DNA of 63,525 nucleotides, counting the filler, from Kipferlia bialata (Eukaryota), in the NCBI GenBank assembly GCA_003568945.1. It is 4 parts of 4 records of this genome, joined end to end, with 100 filler letters (N's around TTAATTAATTAA, not from the genome) between each part and the next. Parts side by side here need not be neighbours in the genome. Positions count along the whole stretch, not along the records: positions 1 to 24,484 come from BDIP01000226.1; 3 more parts are not named here. The stretch is one strand, 5' to 3'. Each line of letters begins with the position of its first letter. Position 1 is the first letter of the stretch. Below the pieces are notes generated by a model. The model saw only the letters and a list, made by a program, of their open reading frames with translations, made no database searches and was not told where the DNA came from. Positions 1-15,000 of the stretch are shown here, in pieces. A program made the position numbers and the translations under genes.

Positions 1-47
<47 letters not shown>

Positions 48-98
48 CCCCCCCTGTTTCCCTTCTCGTGTCCTCCTCTCACTATACTCACAACTCAG

Positions 99-3000
99 GT
101 TGACCTGTGCTCTGAGGAACCCAGCCGATACCACAAGAGAGAAGGATACGCACAGAAGCCTCCCTTGCCTGTGACCACCCCTGGCTTCATGGACAGGTGC
201 CTCTTGACACATATATTTATACTATATTCACTTTAGCACACATACACAATATGTACCATTGAAGAGTAGAGCAGGATGGGTGTCGATTGATGCAAGTGTA
301 TTCACCAGTCATGACTATATTATACTCAAATCCAGGTACGCAGCACGCCTCCCTCCGGAGTGTGAGAAACCTGCCCCATGCCGCATAGACGTCCCAGGTG
401 ACTGATTGTGAATTACTGTATGTCAATCTTCATTCCAACTATATTGTTGCTATCCTCCGCGACTCCTTTCTTACTTGCAGAAGCCCTGCGCCGGCCTGTG
501 TCAGGTCTCGGTCGTCTACCATCTGCCCAGGTATGTGAAAGTACATATATACATATGCAGTATATAGTATAATTATAGCATACATGTATGTATATATATA
601 GATATATATAGTATGGATGTGGGTAAGGAGCCATGTGAAATATATGGGCCATGTATCGAGGTTCTTGGTACCACTGACCCCAGAGTCTAAGAGGGGACTC
701 CATGGCAGTCATGCGTAGCCGTCTGGACGCACAACGGAGAGAGAGAGAGGCGCAGAGGGGTACTCAGTCTCGACCTGTGACCACGGATGCTCGGTGCAAT
801 CCCCGCCGGGCCCCCCGTCTTACTAGGTCTTTCAGTAGCCTTGGGGACCTGTCTCCCTTCCACAGGGCCGGGTCTCTGTTTGCCCATGGTGACTACTCTC
901 CCTATAGGTCTAAGGACAGAGACGTAAAGGGGGTAGATGGAGGTGGCAGGGATGGAGAGGGAAAGAAGGAGAGGAAGGAGAGGAAGAAGAGGCCTCAGAG
1001 AGAAAGTATGTCTAAAGTGCGGGTACGCTCTCAGTCTGCCATGGGAGGGCGTAGAATGCCAGTGCAGACACCTCGCTATCCACGGCTGAGGTGCAGTAGC
1101 AGCATAGGCAGAACCCGGCGTCCAGGCCCCCCCTCTACCTATACCTCAGGACTCAGTCCCAGGGATGCTATAACACTGTCTCGCGCTGCCAGTGCAGGTG
1201 CTGAACGTGTCAGGCCGTTCCGCTGCAGAGTAGACCAGCGCAGACCTACAATGTCTAGGCACAACACGGAAGTGGAGTCACCCCCTTGTGCCAGTGGAGA
1301 TGATGTGGTGATACCCTCCCCTGTGTCAGACACTGAGCACTCTACGGCTGTTCCAGAGGGTGGGAGTGTGGAGGTCGTTCTTGGAGACGGCATCGTAGAT
1401 GTGTCTAAGCCGGTGTCTCTCCCAAGGTTTGTGATCCAGGCGAAGAGGGTGAAGTGGGGACAGAGGGCCAGACCAACATCAAAGGTGAGAGACATGGGTG
1501 TACTACTAGGCCTAATAGTTTTACTAATATCAACCACTACTCTTGTTTCTTTGCGCTATTCCAGAATACCACTGGGATCTGTTCTCTCATATCCAGACAC
1601 GAGTGCACTCTAAGGTGGGAGACCAGGTTCCACTGAGAGGCGTGCAGCAGGTCATACCCACCCTCTCTGATACAGTAAGTAGCGTGGAGACTACTGTAGA
1701 TAGGGGTAGTGCGGGGCGCCAGAGATACAGACATGGCCAGCGGTGCAAGACCGCTAATGCTTGCCCTCGACAGCGCTCGCTGTCCGCTGGTGCTGCTCGG
1801 TCTAGGTATGATTGCAAGGAATTAGTGGGCATTCAGGTCTCGAATACTGTCACTGCTATATGCTGACTGCAGTACGAGTAGGCCCCTGCGCACACGACGT
1901 CCCAGCTCGAAGGGACGAGAGGGTCGGAAGGTAGGGACAAGACCAGATGATCCGTCTCACTGCTCCACCCTTATGGGAGTGCCTATGGGTATATCTCTAC
2001 CAGACACAGTACCAGTAGTAGACGCACTGTCTGGGGAGGTAATACCTCCCGAGGGAGTGGCTCTTAGACCCCTTGACAGCCACACCGACCAGCTACCTGG
2101 GGCCACTGGTGTATTGCTAGCTGAGGTGTCCCATAGCCACCGAGAGGCTCTACCTCCCGTCAGCCCATCTGCCTCTGAGTCTCCTCTCGACGCAGGGTCC
2201 CCCCTAGCTACTTGTCTCCTTGAGGCAGTGCCAGCCTCAGATCCCACGACTCCAGACGTTACACCACTATCTGTGGAGCAGAAGGACCCAGGAGAGAAGC
2301 GGAGACCATCTCCAGTTGTGTCTAACGTGAGACTGGCCATCAAGAGTGTGGGCCTTGGGATGTCCTTTCTCGAGAAGCTGCGCCAGAAGAGGTCTGGCAT
2401 GATGGGGCGTCTCTCTCTCACTACCACTGCTACACTCAAGAGAGTGGCCACGGGGGATGGGATAGATGACGTCAGTAGTGACAGTGAAAGTGAGAGCGAG
2501 AGTGAGAGTGACAGACTGTCAACCTGCGCTGAGGCCCTGGTGGTACCCTGTGCACACATTGACTCAGCCATGTCTCAGATCAGCATCATGACTGATGCCA
2601 ATGGAGACTCCGTAGGAGACATACTGCCAAATGGCATGCGTATTCACGGTTATGCTAGGTGAGGGACTATTGCTATTTCACATGCGTCAAGACAATTGTG
2701 AGGCGTCGGTGCTATTTCAACTGTTGCGTGGTTTGCACTGATACCCATTGAGAACTGTGTCCTTACCCACCAGGCTCCCTGACTTCACTGATGAGACGGA
2801 GTGGGTGTCAGTAACTGTCTTGAAGCTCGACAGGGTGACGGGTGAGAAACGACTCTGCGAATGGCCTACGGCTGGTGTGTTGATGTAGTGCATCGCAATC
2901 TTCTCACTTCAGGCATGCTGGTAGTGAGACCTGACTACCCCGACGAGACACAGGCCAGAGCACCTGCGGAGGTGATAGGCGCCCTCTGTCCTCCAATGGT

Positions 3001-6000
3001 GAATGAGTATGGGAGTGCAAGCCCCTCATTCACAGGCCTTAGAAGCATCCATGTGTCTCAGTTTGTGAGACAGGACGCAACTCTACGATCCTCCAGAGGC
3101 ATCACTCTAGAGCAGGTATCCGTCACAAACTACCTTATAGTGTTAGTCCCGTCTCACACAGGTGCTAGCCCTGGATGGTGTTCCCCAGGCACCACTGGAT
3201 GGTCCTTGTGGAAAGAGAGGTGCTGTGGGTGCGTTTAGATTAATATAGTGTATAGTTTCGCCTACAACCTTCACATCCTATCTCAGGCATCAACCACACA
3301 ATATCAGCCCTAGATGGTAGAGACTTGGTGCAGGAGGAGGTTGTTAAAGGGGTGTACCAGAATGACAAGCTAGGAAGGAGCCTCTTGGGTGACCAGGACC
3401 CACACTCTGCTGCTAGAGCATCCCTGGTGGAGGAGAGTAGGCTGCATGCAGACGCATCATGGCTACTGAGCCGCCAAAAGGGGATTGTGAGGTGGGTTAC
3501 AGTCTGAATCTTACAGAAGTGAATACTCTTGGTGTCACTCTTTCACCACAGGCGGGTGACTGCTTCACTGTCCCCAGAGCTACTCCAAGAGGTCGAGTCC
3601 CTCACGAGCTCTCTCTTCCAGAGTGTGGGAACAGGAACTGTCCAGCGCCAGATACCTCTGTCCAAGACTGTGTGGCACTGTTCAGATGCATGCCAGGAGA
3701 GGATAGGGGAGTCTGTGTTTCAAAGGAGAGGCAGGCTCCTTGAGGAGGGGCTGCTGTTCCTTGATCAATCGACATGGCCTCATATGCACAGATTCAAGGT
3801 AAGAAGACTGGGATCTCTCTTTGTTCCATATACCGATATGATATACTAGTTCCTTGTCTCTAATGTCCCCAGGCTATGATGGAGCAGCTGCGACAGCTCG
3901 TTATACTCATGACACCTGCCTCTGTCATGATGAACCCCGAGGCCATTCGAGGTGTACTAGTGTGCTTCTTGAAGTATCTGGACATGCTGTATGTTGTATC
4001 ACTGTTGTATTACTGTTGTTTTAGGTACTGATCACCTCTTTTGCGTCATTCTTACCTAACGGCAGAGATCATATCGGATGCCCGTAGCCACTACTTGGGA
4101 GTAGATGGAGACTACGCAGACTTCAAGGGAATCCCCGAGTACTTACCAGCAGCCAGGTGATGATGCTTACTATATTTATGTATCTGATAAGCGGAAGCCT
4201 ATTCTTATGTATCTGTCAATTCTGACCAATAGGCCTCATTGCTCGATAGGAGAGTTTGCAGAACACAACAGGAGTATTGCACTGGCATTTGCTACTCTGC
4301 TTGAGGATGTCGTCAGGTGCTTAGCTATATTGAATGAAGCGCATGGATAGACTACGCACCGTGCCGGTACAAGATTCAATTGGCTGACTCAGAAACAAGA
4401 TCCATTGGTCAGCTGGAGATGCATCTTGGGCCGACCTAGACAGCACACTGGATGTACAGATTGAGCAGTTCAAGAGAAGGCAGATGATTGCAATGGTTGG
4501 TGTCTCCCAAAGAGCTCCAGGAGAAGTACTCACTTTGCAGGTAGAATACATTGTCTATAGTGATTCTATACTGGGTATTGAGTTGAGTTCTCCTACATCA
4601 GGTAGATGTCGACAAGTTGAAGGAGAAGGCCTTCATCTACATGAAGGAGAGGAGAGAGCGCCTTTTCAACATGCTGGACTTCATGGTGCTCTCAATGCTG
4701 CACTCTGCTGCCGAAGGTATGTGGGTATCATAGCTGGTATGTGACTAGTATAGTAGTATGTCTGGGTGTATCTGACCTTAGGGTTTGCTGCTGCTTGGCA
4801 TAATGACCAGGCCTCCCTAGAGTCCCAGTACCTAACTAAGCCTATATGGAGGGCAGGGCTGAGGCACAGCCTAATGGACGTCACTCAGCCCTGTGAGGAG
4901 TGGGATAGCAGAAGAGAAGGCGAGATGCTGTTCTGGCCACACTTGCCTGGGTCTAGAATTGTTGAAGGGTCCGAGTATCCTAGAGGGTCAATTATGTCCC
5001 TCCCTCTCATGGTGCGTGACAGTCTATGGTTCACAAATGTCTTTGGTTCAACTAACTCACCAGGTGATTCCGAAGGACAGTGGGTCGGGCTTTACAATGG
5101 GGAAGGTCCCAGGGTTCCCAGATCCCGACTCTAGGTATTGAAATAGCGGGATTGGGGTTGTCACACGACTCATATACCTCGCAAATCTAACTGCAGCAAT
5201 TTCTCAATGTATGAACATGTGCTATCCCAGTGGAAGCGAACCCGCAGCGTCACATCCCTGTCTCCAAGAGCGTCATCAGTTATGCGGAATGGGTTCTCTC
5301 TGACAGGTATGGGGTGTTCCCGTATGTTGGCACAGACCAAAGATTGTGTCGGATGTGGGATGTTGCTGTTTGATCACTGCACGCTGGTTATTCATTTCTA
5401 GAGTCACCCTGACTTCTTACCATTACCACTCTTATCCAGATGTAGTCGATCCCATGGAGTACCAAGCCACACGTGATCTGTCCATCAGGCACCAGATGGG
5501 TCTATCCAAGTGAGTGTTCTTCTCTGAAGTAGACATTTCCCTCTCATCTGACCCAGTGGTATGTCTCGTCGCCTAGCCCAACGACTGGCAGTGAGTGACG
5601 AGGAGTTGTTTGGCCTGACTGGATACCCAACCTTTGAGGCATTGATCGCTGGGATATCAGTGGACAGTGTGGAAGACTCTGAGGTGTACTCCCCCCCTAA
5701 GGGCCTGGGTGCGCTCTGTGGAATAGACACATTCATGGCATCTACACCCACAGGAGGGGACATCCAGGGTGACCCAGAGCTGTCTCCCCTGAACAGCACC
5801 CTTGTTGATAAGGACTGGGATGTGATAGGTATGAATCTACTAACCACCACATTCGAAATATATAACTTACTCCAGCTGAATTCTCAGAGTTTGTGGCCAA
5901 GATCCCCCTCAGGGTGTTCTACCTGAATTCAGTCACTGAGTCATCAACTGGCATAGCAGCTCTCAAGGTGTGTAGAACCTCCCGTTCAAACGCTTTAAGA

Positions 6001-9000
6001 GCCATACTTCCATATGCTATTTGTATGAACCTGACTCTCTAATTCACAGAGCCATCTTGAGCAGTCCAGGGCAGCCTTACGAGACAGACACTCTCAGATT
6101 CTCAGGTGAGGTTGCATCTATATTTCCAAACTATTCCCCCCTCACAGAGAGGCAGTTATTCATTGTGCTTTACATACTGACACCAGGACTGCCCTTGACG
6201 CCACCCTGCACTGCATGAGACAGATCTGGTTTCAGACCCGACAAGGTTGGTGCCTTCTAGTCTATCATAGTACATCACTGAATGCTGACGAATAGCTGTT
6301 GTCCTTCCTGAGCACTACCACGCTAAAGAGGATCTGGTCCAGAAGGTCCAGGACGCAGCGCCAAGGTGACTGATATGCCTTGCATATCACTAGCCTACCT
6401 TATCACATATGACTGATGTCCAGATGGGTAGCAGCGAGTGAGAGCTTAGAAGACTTTGCCGATACCATGCTCTCCCATGGCACATACATCAGTGTGGAGT
6501 CTCACATTGCACTCATTAGGTATGGATATACTACAATTGTTTATCTGGGAGGCTCACTTTACTTCAGGATCGCCCGATTTGCCTCATCAGTCGTGAGCAT
6601 GACCAATAGAGTCTCCTTTGTGAACAAGAAGTGAGTTGGTATTCTCCACTGGTAGCGCAAACTTACGAAAGACACTTGGTCAATGACTGATTCTAGGAAC
6701 CATGCCTCTCAGCTGCGACAGCTGCTAGCCCTGGCATCCTGGCAGAATGACATATCACAGACTGTCAGCGACACGTGCAAGAGGGTGTTGCAGTTGTCAG
6801 CTGGTATTCAGGTGTTTAATCATGGTAGTGATCCTCCGTCCTGCGCTTATACTAATTGCAGGATCAGCTCTGTGATGCCAAGGAGATTGAGCGCTTCAGC
6901 TTTCTCTCTACACCCTTTGAGTATCCATCTACCCACATCTTCCAAGACATGGTGATGGGGTATGAGTCTTGCTTCTCACTGCCCCTCGAAGAGTGTCGCA
7001 CCGACTTCTCCCTGACCAATGACAAGGGCGAACCTGTCTGGGAGGAGTCCGATGTCAATGCATTCCTTGCCAGCACAGGACTCATCATCGCATACACTAG
7101 GTCAGTATGCATGACCACATCTATCCCATCTCATTCTTGAGTGTATTTACTCACCGAGAAAAGTATTCAATCTTAACACCAGTGTCACTGGGTTACCTGC
7201 TCTTCCGAAACTGGACCAATACTCTAGTGTTACTCAACTTGTCACAAGAGTGGCCGAAGAGACGGGTAGCCAGGTGAGAAGAGGAGAGTATTGATTGTAG
7301 CGTGATAGCCACTCTCACATGAAGGAGCCAGTGTCCCTGTACCACCGTCCATCCAGTCTAGGGGACACCAATCTGGAGAGAGTCTTGGAGGAAACCATCC
7401 ATCTGATAGAGCGCAGCAGAACAGGTATCTTGAACAGTGTGATATTAGGTCACTATGGTATAGCAATGAGTGCCTCATTCGCAGGCATTCGGCAGATCAA
7501 ACTGTGGTCCGATCTGTGCCAGGTGCAGGGCATTGTCCTGAGCCCTAGCATGACGAACCTAGAGGGGGACATCTTCCTACTACACAAGTATGTGATAGGA
7601 CATGGGGTAGTCTCACAGTACATCACAAGGTACTCACACTCAGGTGCATGCGTCTGATCCGGCGTGCCCTTACAGGGGAGCAGATGCTGCAGTCTAGTCC
7701 TGTTGACGATCTAGACATGGACAGTATCAGTGCCCTTATGGTAGACATCGATCGGTGTCTGCAGTTCATGCATATATCCTTCGACAACAAGGTGCAGTAT
7801 CTATCTTTTCATTGGCCTGTGGCTGTGTGTTTGTGGTCTAGTCTCACTGCAGGACGGTGTGCACAATATGACCTTTGCAACTGAGCTAGAGGCTGTAAGG
7901 GATAGGATGCAGCCTGGGGTGGAGCTGATGCGGCTTGTGACAGTACCCTCCCTCATGCACAGACACCTCGACATCCTCGAGTCCTCATCCTCCCTACCAG
8001 TGCTGCAGATGGCTAGGTAGGGGAAATCTAGACGTGTCGTATCTACCATGGCCTAGGTCCCGATTACCTATGCAGCTCACAGCAGTGTTTCCATCTACGA
8101 TCTTCTTGAGGCCGGAGCTCTTGACAAGCTAGATGTCATTCAGGAGGTGGTAGACCTAGCTGAGGAGGAGGCGAGAGTAGAGAGTAACCTGGACGCCATA
8201 TCTAAGGTGGGCCCTTTGTTGAGAGTGTTGGGTGAGAATACCCTTGCAATATAGTGCCAACTGATGTCATGAACACGCTGTCAGATATGCTTATCCTACA
8301 GGTTATGGAATCTTGGAAGGTGCAGGTCGATGTGACTCCTGGCATCAATGGAGGGTTCACTCTTCCACCCCACTTCGAGACCAGCATCCGATCAATGACG
8401 CTCTACGTTCAGAGGTACTGAATCCGGTAATCATAGATGAGTTCATCTGTGAGTTCTCATTTGCCAGGGACGTTGCTGCGAAGTACTGCACTCCTATCAC
8501 TGCGAGGGCCAGGCAGCTTGAAGGCAATATCCTGTGGGCAAAGCTACACGCTTCCCTCCTGGAGTATACTCAGGTGTGTTGGATGTTACCATCAACAATA
8601 TGTATAACATACTCAGAGTATACCAACACTAGGACTACCTCGCCATTGGAGAGAAGCTCATGATACGTCACAAGAAGTACTCTCATCTCTATGCACATGC
8701 ATGTGCCAAGTGGTGGCAGCTCAGGAGGAGTGTGGCTAATGTGGCCAGGACCAGACTACTGTCCGTGCTTCTGGATACAAGTGAGTACTGTTTTGGTACC
8801 AGAATGAAATCAGCAACATTCTCGTATTGTTGCTTTAGGTACTGAACTCTTTAACGCCAGGCCTTGGCGACATCCTCAGTTCTATCCTCGTCAACCTGGT
8901 CCCATATGTCACCTCACTTCTGAAGAGGAAGATGTGCCACATACTGCACTCCACAAACCACATGGTAAGAGTATGGTTATTGACACAAACTATTGGATCT

Positions 9001-12000
9001 CCTCTTCCTAGTGGCCGCACTGTTTACTTACAGGTCCAGTCGACTCCTGGCATTAGTAATGGCATCCTAAAACACATCCACAGTATGCCAGACCTGCTGG
9101 GATATGCATTTGAGCCCAAGGTCCTGCCCATCAGTCACCCGGTCGTCAAGGTATGAAGCTATGATCCTCTGTCCTCTATCTGCCTCTCAACACTCCCATC
9201 AGGTCTCTAGTCTCCAAGGGGAGCGAATGGTCCTGGGACCCCACATGCTCTACGGCATTGACGCCTTCCTCGTCAGACCTCTTGGCGGGGTTGAGGGCGA
9301 GACATCCACAGAGAGTGTGTGCACAGGCCACGTAGAAGACAGTTCTGGCGACAACTCCAGTTCTTCCTCTGAGCGGCCACCCCTCCCACCTGGCAATGCT
9401 CCTGGAAAGACATCCTCTCCCAAGTGTAGTTCACACTCGAACTGGGAGATCACTGCCGTGGTCTCGGGTATCCTGTACCAGGGACCCATGGCAGAGAGGA
9501 CCGAAGTGCTCAGACTCTCCCATTCCGTTCCGCTCTCCCGAATGGTGGGTGTCATAGCCTATGACGTGAGACCTCACATCCAGAAGGCGGTTGAGAGAGA
9601 CATGGAGAGAGGGGTGGCTCTTCTGTCGAAGCAGGAACTCACAGAGTTCTCTGGTCTCTGTTTCCAGGTTTGTTGCTACTAGACTCGCATATCTCTTCCA
9701 ATTACTCCAGGTTCGATACATGTCTCTGAACTACTGGGTGCACTTCAGACTGAGACGGGGTCTGATGCGACATGACTCTGTTCTTGGGCTGACTACTGCA
9801 GTGACAGACCTTCAGGAGCTGGCCAGACTGCTCCTATCCACGGTCAGTGAACCCAGTCCAGCTGATGTCCACCTCCAGACCCTAGTCCTCAAGTGGATAG
9901 ATGATACTGTGCCCCAGACCCAGGACACAGTCACATCCAACATCAACCTGCCAGTACTCTCTGCTCCCTGTATCACAAGGTGAGAAGGGTACAGTGTATT
10001 TCGATGTATATTATGATTACTCACCTTCAGGCATCAGTTTGCTGTTGAGGGTCAGTTCACTGTGTCTGCGACTGGTGTAGAGCTCAAGCACCACTCACTA
10101 GACTGGCTCGGTGGGCCTACTGCATATGAGATACCAGAGCCAGGGAGTGATGAAGGGTCAACCTGCTCCTTCAGTCTCAAGACCATTGTCACACTCCTGG
10201 CTAGAGGTGTCACATGTGCACTGTGCACTCGTGTGGAGGCTGATGTCCATTCAGTAATGGGGCCCATCCTAGAAGTTGGTAGGTAAGTGCTACTTTTGCA
10301 TCAATGATACTGATTATGTGACTGACTCCTCTAAGCCACAGGATAATGGGTCAGACAATCAAGACACTAGCAGCCACTAGCTACCGGAGCGTAGCGGCAT
10401 TGGCACACCAGGTAACAAGATATCATTGGAAGATACCTCGTACATTGTCCGGTTGGCTTGTGTGTCAGGATTTCCTTATCCTAGGTCTCCAATCTTCTAC
10501 TGGATGGCTTCATAGTGGTGCTCACGGGCCTGGAGAATACGAGTCCTGAACATCTAAGAGTCGTTCACACTATTGCAAGCACCTTGTACAACGGAGGGGA
10601 GTTCCCATTCGCATCACCAGCTCAACCAGACGGGAGCATCGCCCCCTATGTGTGCTGCAAGAATAACGACTTCGGATGCACCCGTACTCCTCTAGGTAGG
10701 AAATGTGTGTGCAATATCTGTATATATATTCTCTACCATCCAGGCAAAGACCAGCAGCACCCAGACGAGCATGCACTCGGAAGCTTAGTGTTGCATCTAG
10801 CTGTACTGGGTCCGGGGCAGTTCAGTATAGACTCCAAGAAGTACCCAGGCGACCCAATCCGATACACTGATGCTCGGCCACCACCCCAGGTTAGTTGTGA
10901 ACTGAAGAGTTCTCTTGTTGCGCCTCCCTCGTTTCTTGGTTCTCATCCTAGGCCTTCCTGTACCACCCGTCTTCGGTTGCTAGACCATGTGTATCCCTCA
11001 TGGCAATGTTGCGTAAACTCAGGTGACTGCATGAGCATCTCGTGTTTGCGTGTAAGTGTGGACCGAGTAGAAACTACAATGCTCGTGTGACACCCGATGA
11101 TGTATCCTGAACTGGCCAGGAGTTCCTTGGCTTACAACTCTCATATTCTCACTCCAGGCTTTCAATACTACCTGCTGATGTCGACATGGCTCTTCGTCTC
11201 TGTCAGAGTGGAGACCCGAATTCAGTTGCACTCTATAAGTACCTCTCCGTTCAGTGCCAGGCTAATCAGGTTAGTTGATGTTACTATAGGAATCTTGGAG
11301 TGTACCATATACCTCCATTTATCCTAACTGACACTAGCTAGACGGTTTGAGTGGAATGATAGAGAGTGCCTTCGTTGTTCAAGACCTGCCTGAGGTGAAG
11401 TGGGGTGCCTCTCACCAGTGTCTGACTGGAGAGGTATGGGTTGGTATGCAGTTGGCCATGGGGAGTTTTTTTCTCTCTCTAACCCATTGACCTCCCAGGG
11501 AGTCTATGCGATGGATTGGTTGATGGCCATGGGAGAGAGACACAATACTCTAACTGTTGTGACTAGGTAAGAGGTTTCATGTATACGATGGTGCTGTTCC
11601 TTGGTCTAGTAGTCACAGAGTTGTTTCTGGTTCATTCTCTACCTCTCACCCAGACACCCATTGTCTTTGGTCCACTCTTTCCGAGAGTCTGTATCCTCCA
11701 AGGACGCTACCGTTGTCTACCTGTCCCATCCAATGCTGCTCAACGAGAACCAGGTAGCTAGAACGTTCAGTCCTTTTATCTACACAGTGCATGTATAGTA
11801 TAGTTGTGTACTGACCCATTCTAACCACAGTGCCTATCTGGCGATGTCTCTGTGATTCAGAACACATCAGGGTATCTGGATCTTATCAGTGAGGGAGGGC
11901 AGGCTGTGGAGAGAGATAACGGGTCTGTGGCCATGGACGATGACGACACCGAAGGGTTTGGGCCCCGTAAGAGGTTAGTATACCTGCATCTACCTGCCAG

Positions 12001-15000
12001 TGAGCTGTCGTGTGTATACTCGTAACCGATTTGGGGTACCATATTCAACACTTCTCTCATTTAGGACCGGCGAGACCACACCTTCTTGCCCTGTCGGAGT
12101 GACGTATGTCCTGGTCAACATGGCCTTTGACCCAGACGGTACGGATAGACAGGAAAGTATTCATTATGAAGCTGTCTCTCACACCAGGTAGTGCCACAGG
12201 AGCTGTTCACCTGCAGCAAAGGGTGGCTGGCCTACTCAACAAGGATGGTGGTCGGGTCGTCACAGTCTTGCTTGCCACTCAGAGGATCACCCACAGCGCA
12301 CTGCAGGGGCCTAGTATTCAATTCAGAAAGGATATGATCAGGCAGAGCCAGTGGGTACGATATGATACATGCAGCCAGATTGTATACTAACTTCTATCAC
12401 CAGGTGTCTGGTTCTTGTCTCATCACCAGTACCCAAAGACCATTGAGACCATCACTGGAGTCTGTCCCAATACGACAGGTTGGTTAATGTACATGACATA
12501 TACACATGTTGCCAATTCAATGTATCTTAGAATATCTGATTCTAGCAACCGACCCCACTGTATTCTTTGTTGGAGCAGTGTCGAGGTTCTGCCAGGTGGG
12601 TCACCATTTATCACTTGGTATTTATACATTCCCGAAAAGAGCACATACTGGCTCATTAGTGTCACGTCTCATCCTATACAGCTTGCACCTCATATGGAAT
12701 ATAGTTCATCTGGATTGCCTCACCGATAGATGTTCATACACTTAACAGACCGCAACTACCTAGAGAGTGAGGGATCAGCTGTAACAGCACTTCTCTTTTG
12801 GCTCATGAGTGAGAGTGGCTTCGCAGAGATACTCCCGGTGGATGGAGAGGTGGACTGCAGCCCTGATTCTGATGGATACCAGAGATTCAGCGTAGGTATG
12901 ACTCTCGCCCCCGACCCCTCTCGATATGTACCAATTATGTATTTCCCCTTTTTCCCGCATATATTACAGGTCATTCACACACAGCGTCACCGAAGGCACT
13001 GGATCCATCAGTCTTTGGACTCCCCAACGTTGGTAGTGGGGTGAGAATTCAGTTGAAGTCAGAGTATCTGGCTGCCTGTGGGGGTGCTGAAGTCGACCGG
13101 CTAGTCAACCTGTTTGTTTGTGCCTTTTGTGTCACTTACAACGCCTTTAGTATCGTTAGTACCGTTCAGGTAAGAGATAATAGTAGCTATTCTTCATTGA
13201 CCATCGATTCCACAAGTAACTCTTCTGACCTGTTCAGGATGAGTTCAGCAGTGATATGTTTGACGAAGCTGTTGAAATGACCACTGTCGACTCAGCACTA
13301 GAGCAACTAAAGGTACGTCGGAGTGCATTTGTATATATATATGTATATATGAATATACCCAGAGAGATCACGCAGTCAATGTATACTGTCCATTCCTAAA
13401 CATACGTTCGGACCGTCAATAATTATCAGGCCGTGCACCCCGAGTTCAAGGGACTGCCAGAAGGCTACCTAGCGGACATTCTCACCAGTGTGGCCCCTGA
13501 GGTTAGTGGCATTGTAATGAGTGAACTGTTAGCAGCGTAAAACCCGCTAACTCTTAGCGCTTTGAGACCATTCGGTTTGACTCGGATGCTTTGGAGCTGA
13601 TCATAGAGCCATTGAGAGAGCCCATAGATACCAATGACTGGTGAGACTATGTTAGAGTGGCAGTAATTCTCTTCATGTCAAGTGACTACCTTCTCACTGA
13701 ACAGGTACTCCACCCACCCCAGATGGATGTTGACACCTCAACTGACCAACTGCAATGTGAGTCGGACTCTCTCTCTTGTCTAGTGGTAAGCGAAATAGTG
13801 TCGACTGCAGTTGAAGTGAGACTGTGATCTTTCTCTGACTTCCTAGGTGTGTTGCTGTCACTTAGTGGCTGCTGCATTTACATTCGGAGTACACATGATA
13901 GTCAACTCCCACATGGCGTCTGGGAAGACATGGCTGTTGTCATGTGCTCAGTTCCTGCTACCTAGCTTTTTGTCGTACATCAGAGAGGAGGTATGTCCAG
14001 TCATACTGGACCACATATGCCTAAACCTTGTATGTATGTTTTCTGATCAACAGGGAATAGGAAGACCGGGTGTTCCAGAGGAGTATGTGGCCACACTCAA
14101 CTGTGTGACCCTGTCTCCGGATGGGAACCTCATACCTCTCTTTGACCACGTATTGGGTAGACTATTTACACCGACCAACTCATTCTGATTCCATTGCTGG
14201 TCTGATACTATCGATATTGACTTGTCTGACCGTCAGCCCTATGCGTGGACATTCACTCGTCTGATCCTGGTGACCTAGCGTCGCACCCTCTGTACACCAG
14301 CATTGTAAGAGACAGATTGCTTGTATCCAGCTATTCTCTAAACCCCAGATTACTCACTGACGTCTAGGTATCAGGTGTGGTGGCAGTACCAGGAAAGGGG
14401 AAGGCCATTCCACTGAGAGCCCGCCCTGTAGGCAAGCAGGTGTCTCAATACCACGTAGCTTCCCATTCTTTACCCAAGGTGTATCTGCTGTGCCCCACCT
14501 AGCTGTGGAGCAGGGAGACGAGTTATGTCTGACAGCGGAGGCAAGGCTAAACGTCCATTACCATGGGCAGAGTATTTTTTACATAGAGCTTCAGTTTCAG
14601 CCCTGTCAGTATAGCGGTTATGTCTTCTCATTCCAGTTTGCAAAGAGCACCAACATATCTCTGATATGTGAGACACACTTTCCCTCAGACCAACTTGAGG
14701 CTTACGCCCCATTTGCTTTCGTTCTGAATGCAGGTTAAGTACAGTGTTCGATCCACCCTATGTGTTATGTATCAAGTATCGTCTCACGCAGGTGTGCTGG
14801 TCGACGACGAGCTCATCTCCTACTGCTGTGAGTGTCTGCCAATGGCTAAGGTATGTGTTTTGGTTGGTAACTGTTTATGCTCGTGTTGTTATAGAAATAA
14901 GGTATAGTAGTATCCGATATACCTTCGATGCCGTCTTTACACCAGACTATGAAGAGTCTCTTCCAGCCATATCTGCTGCCGTGGTTGAAGTACCAGTGTC

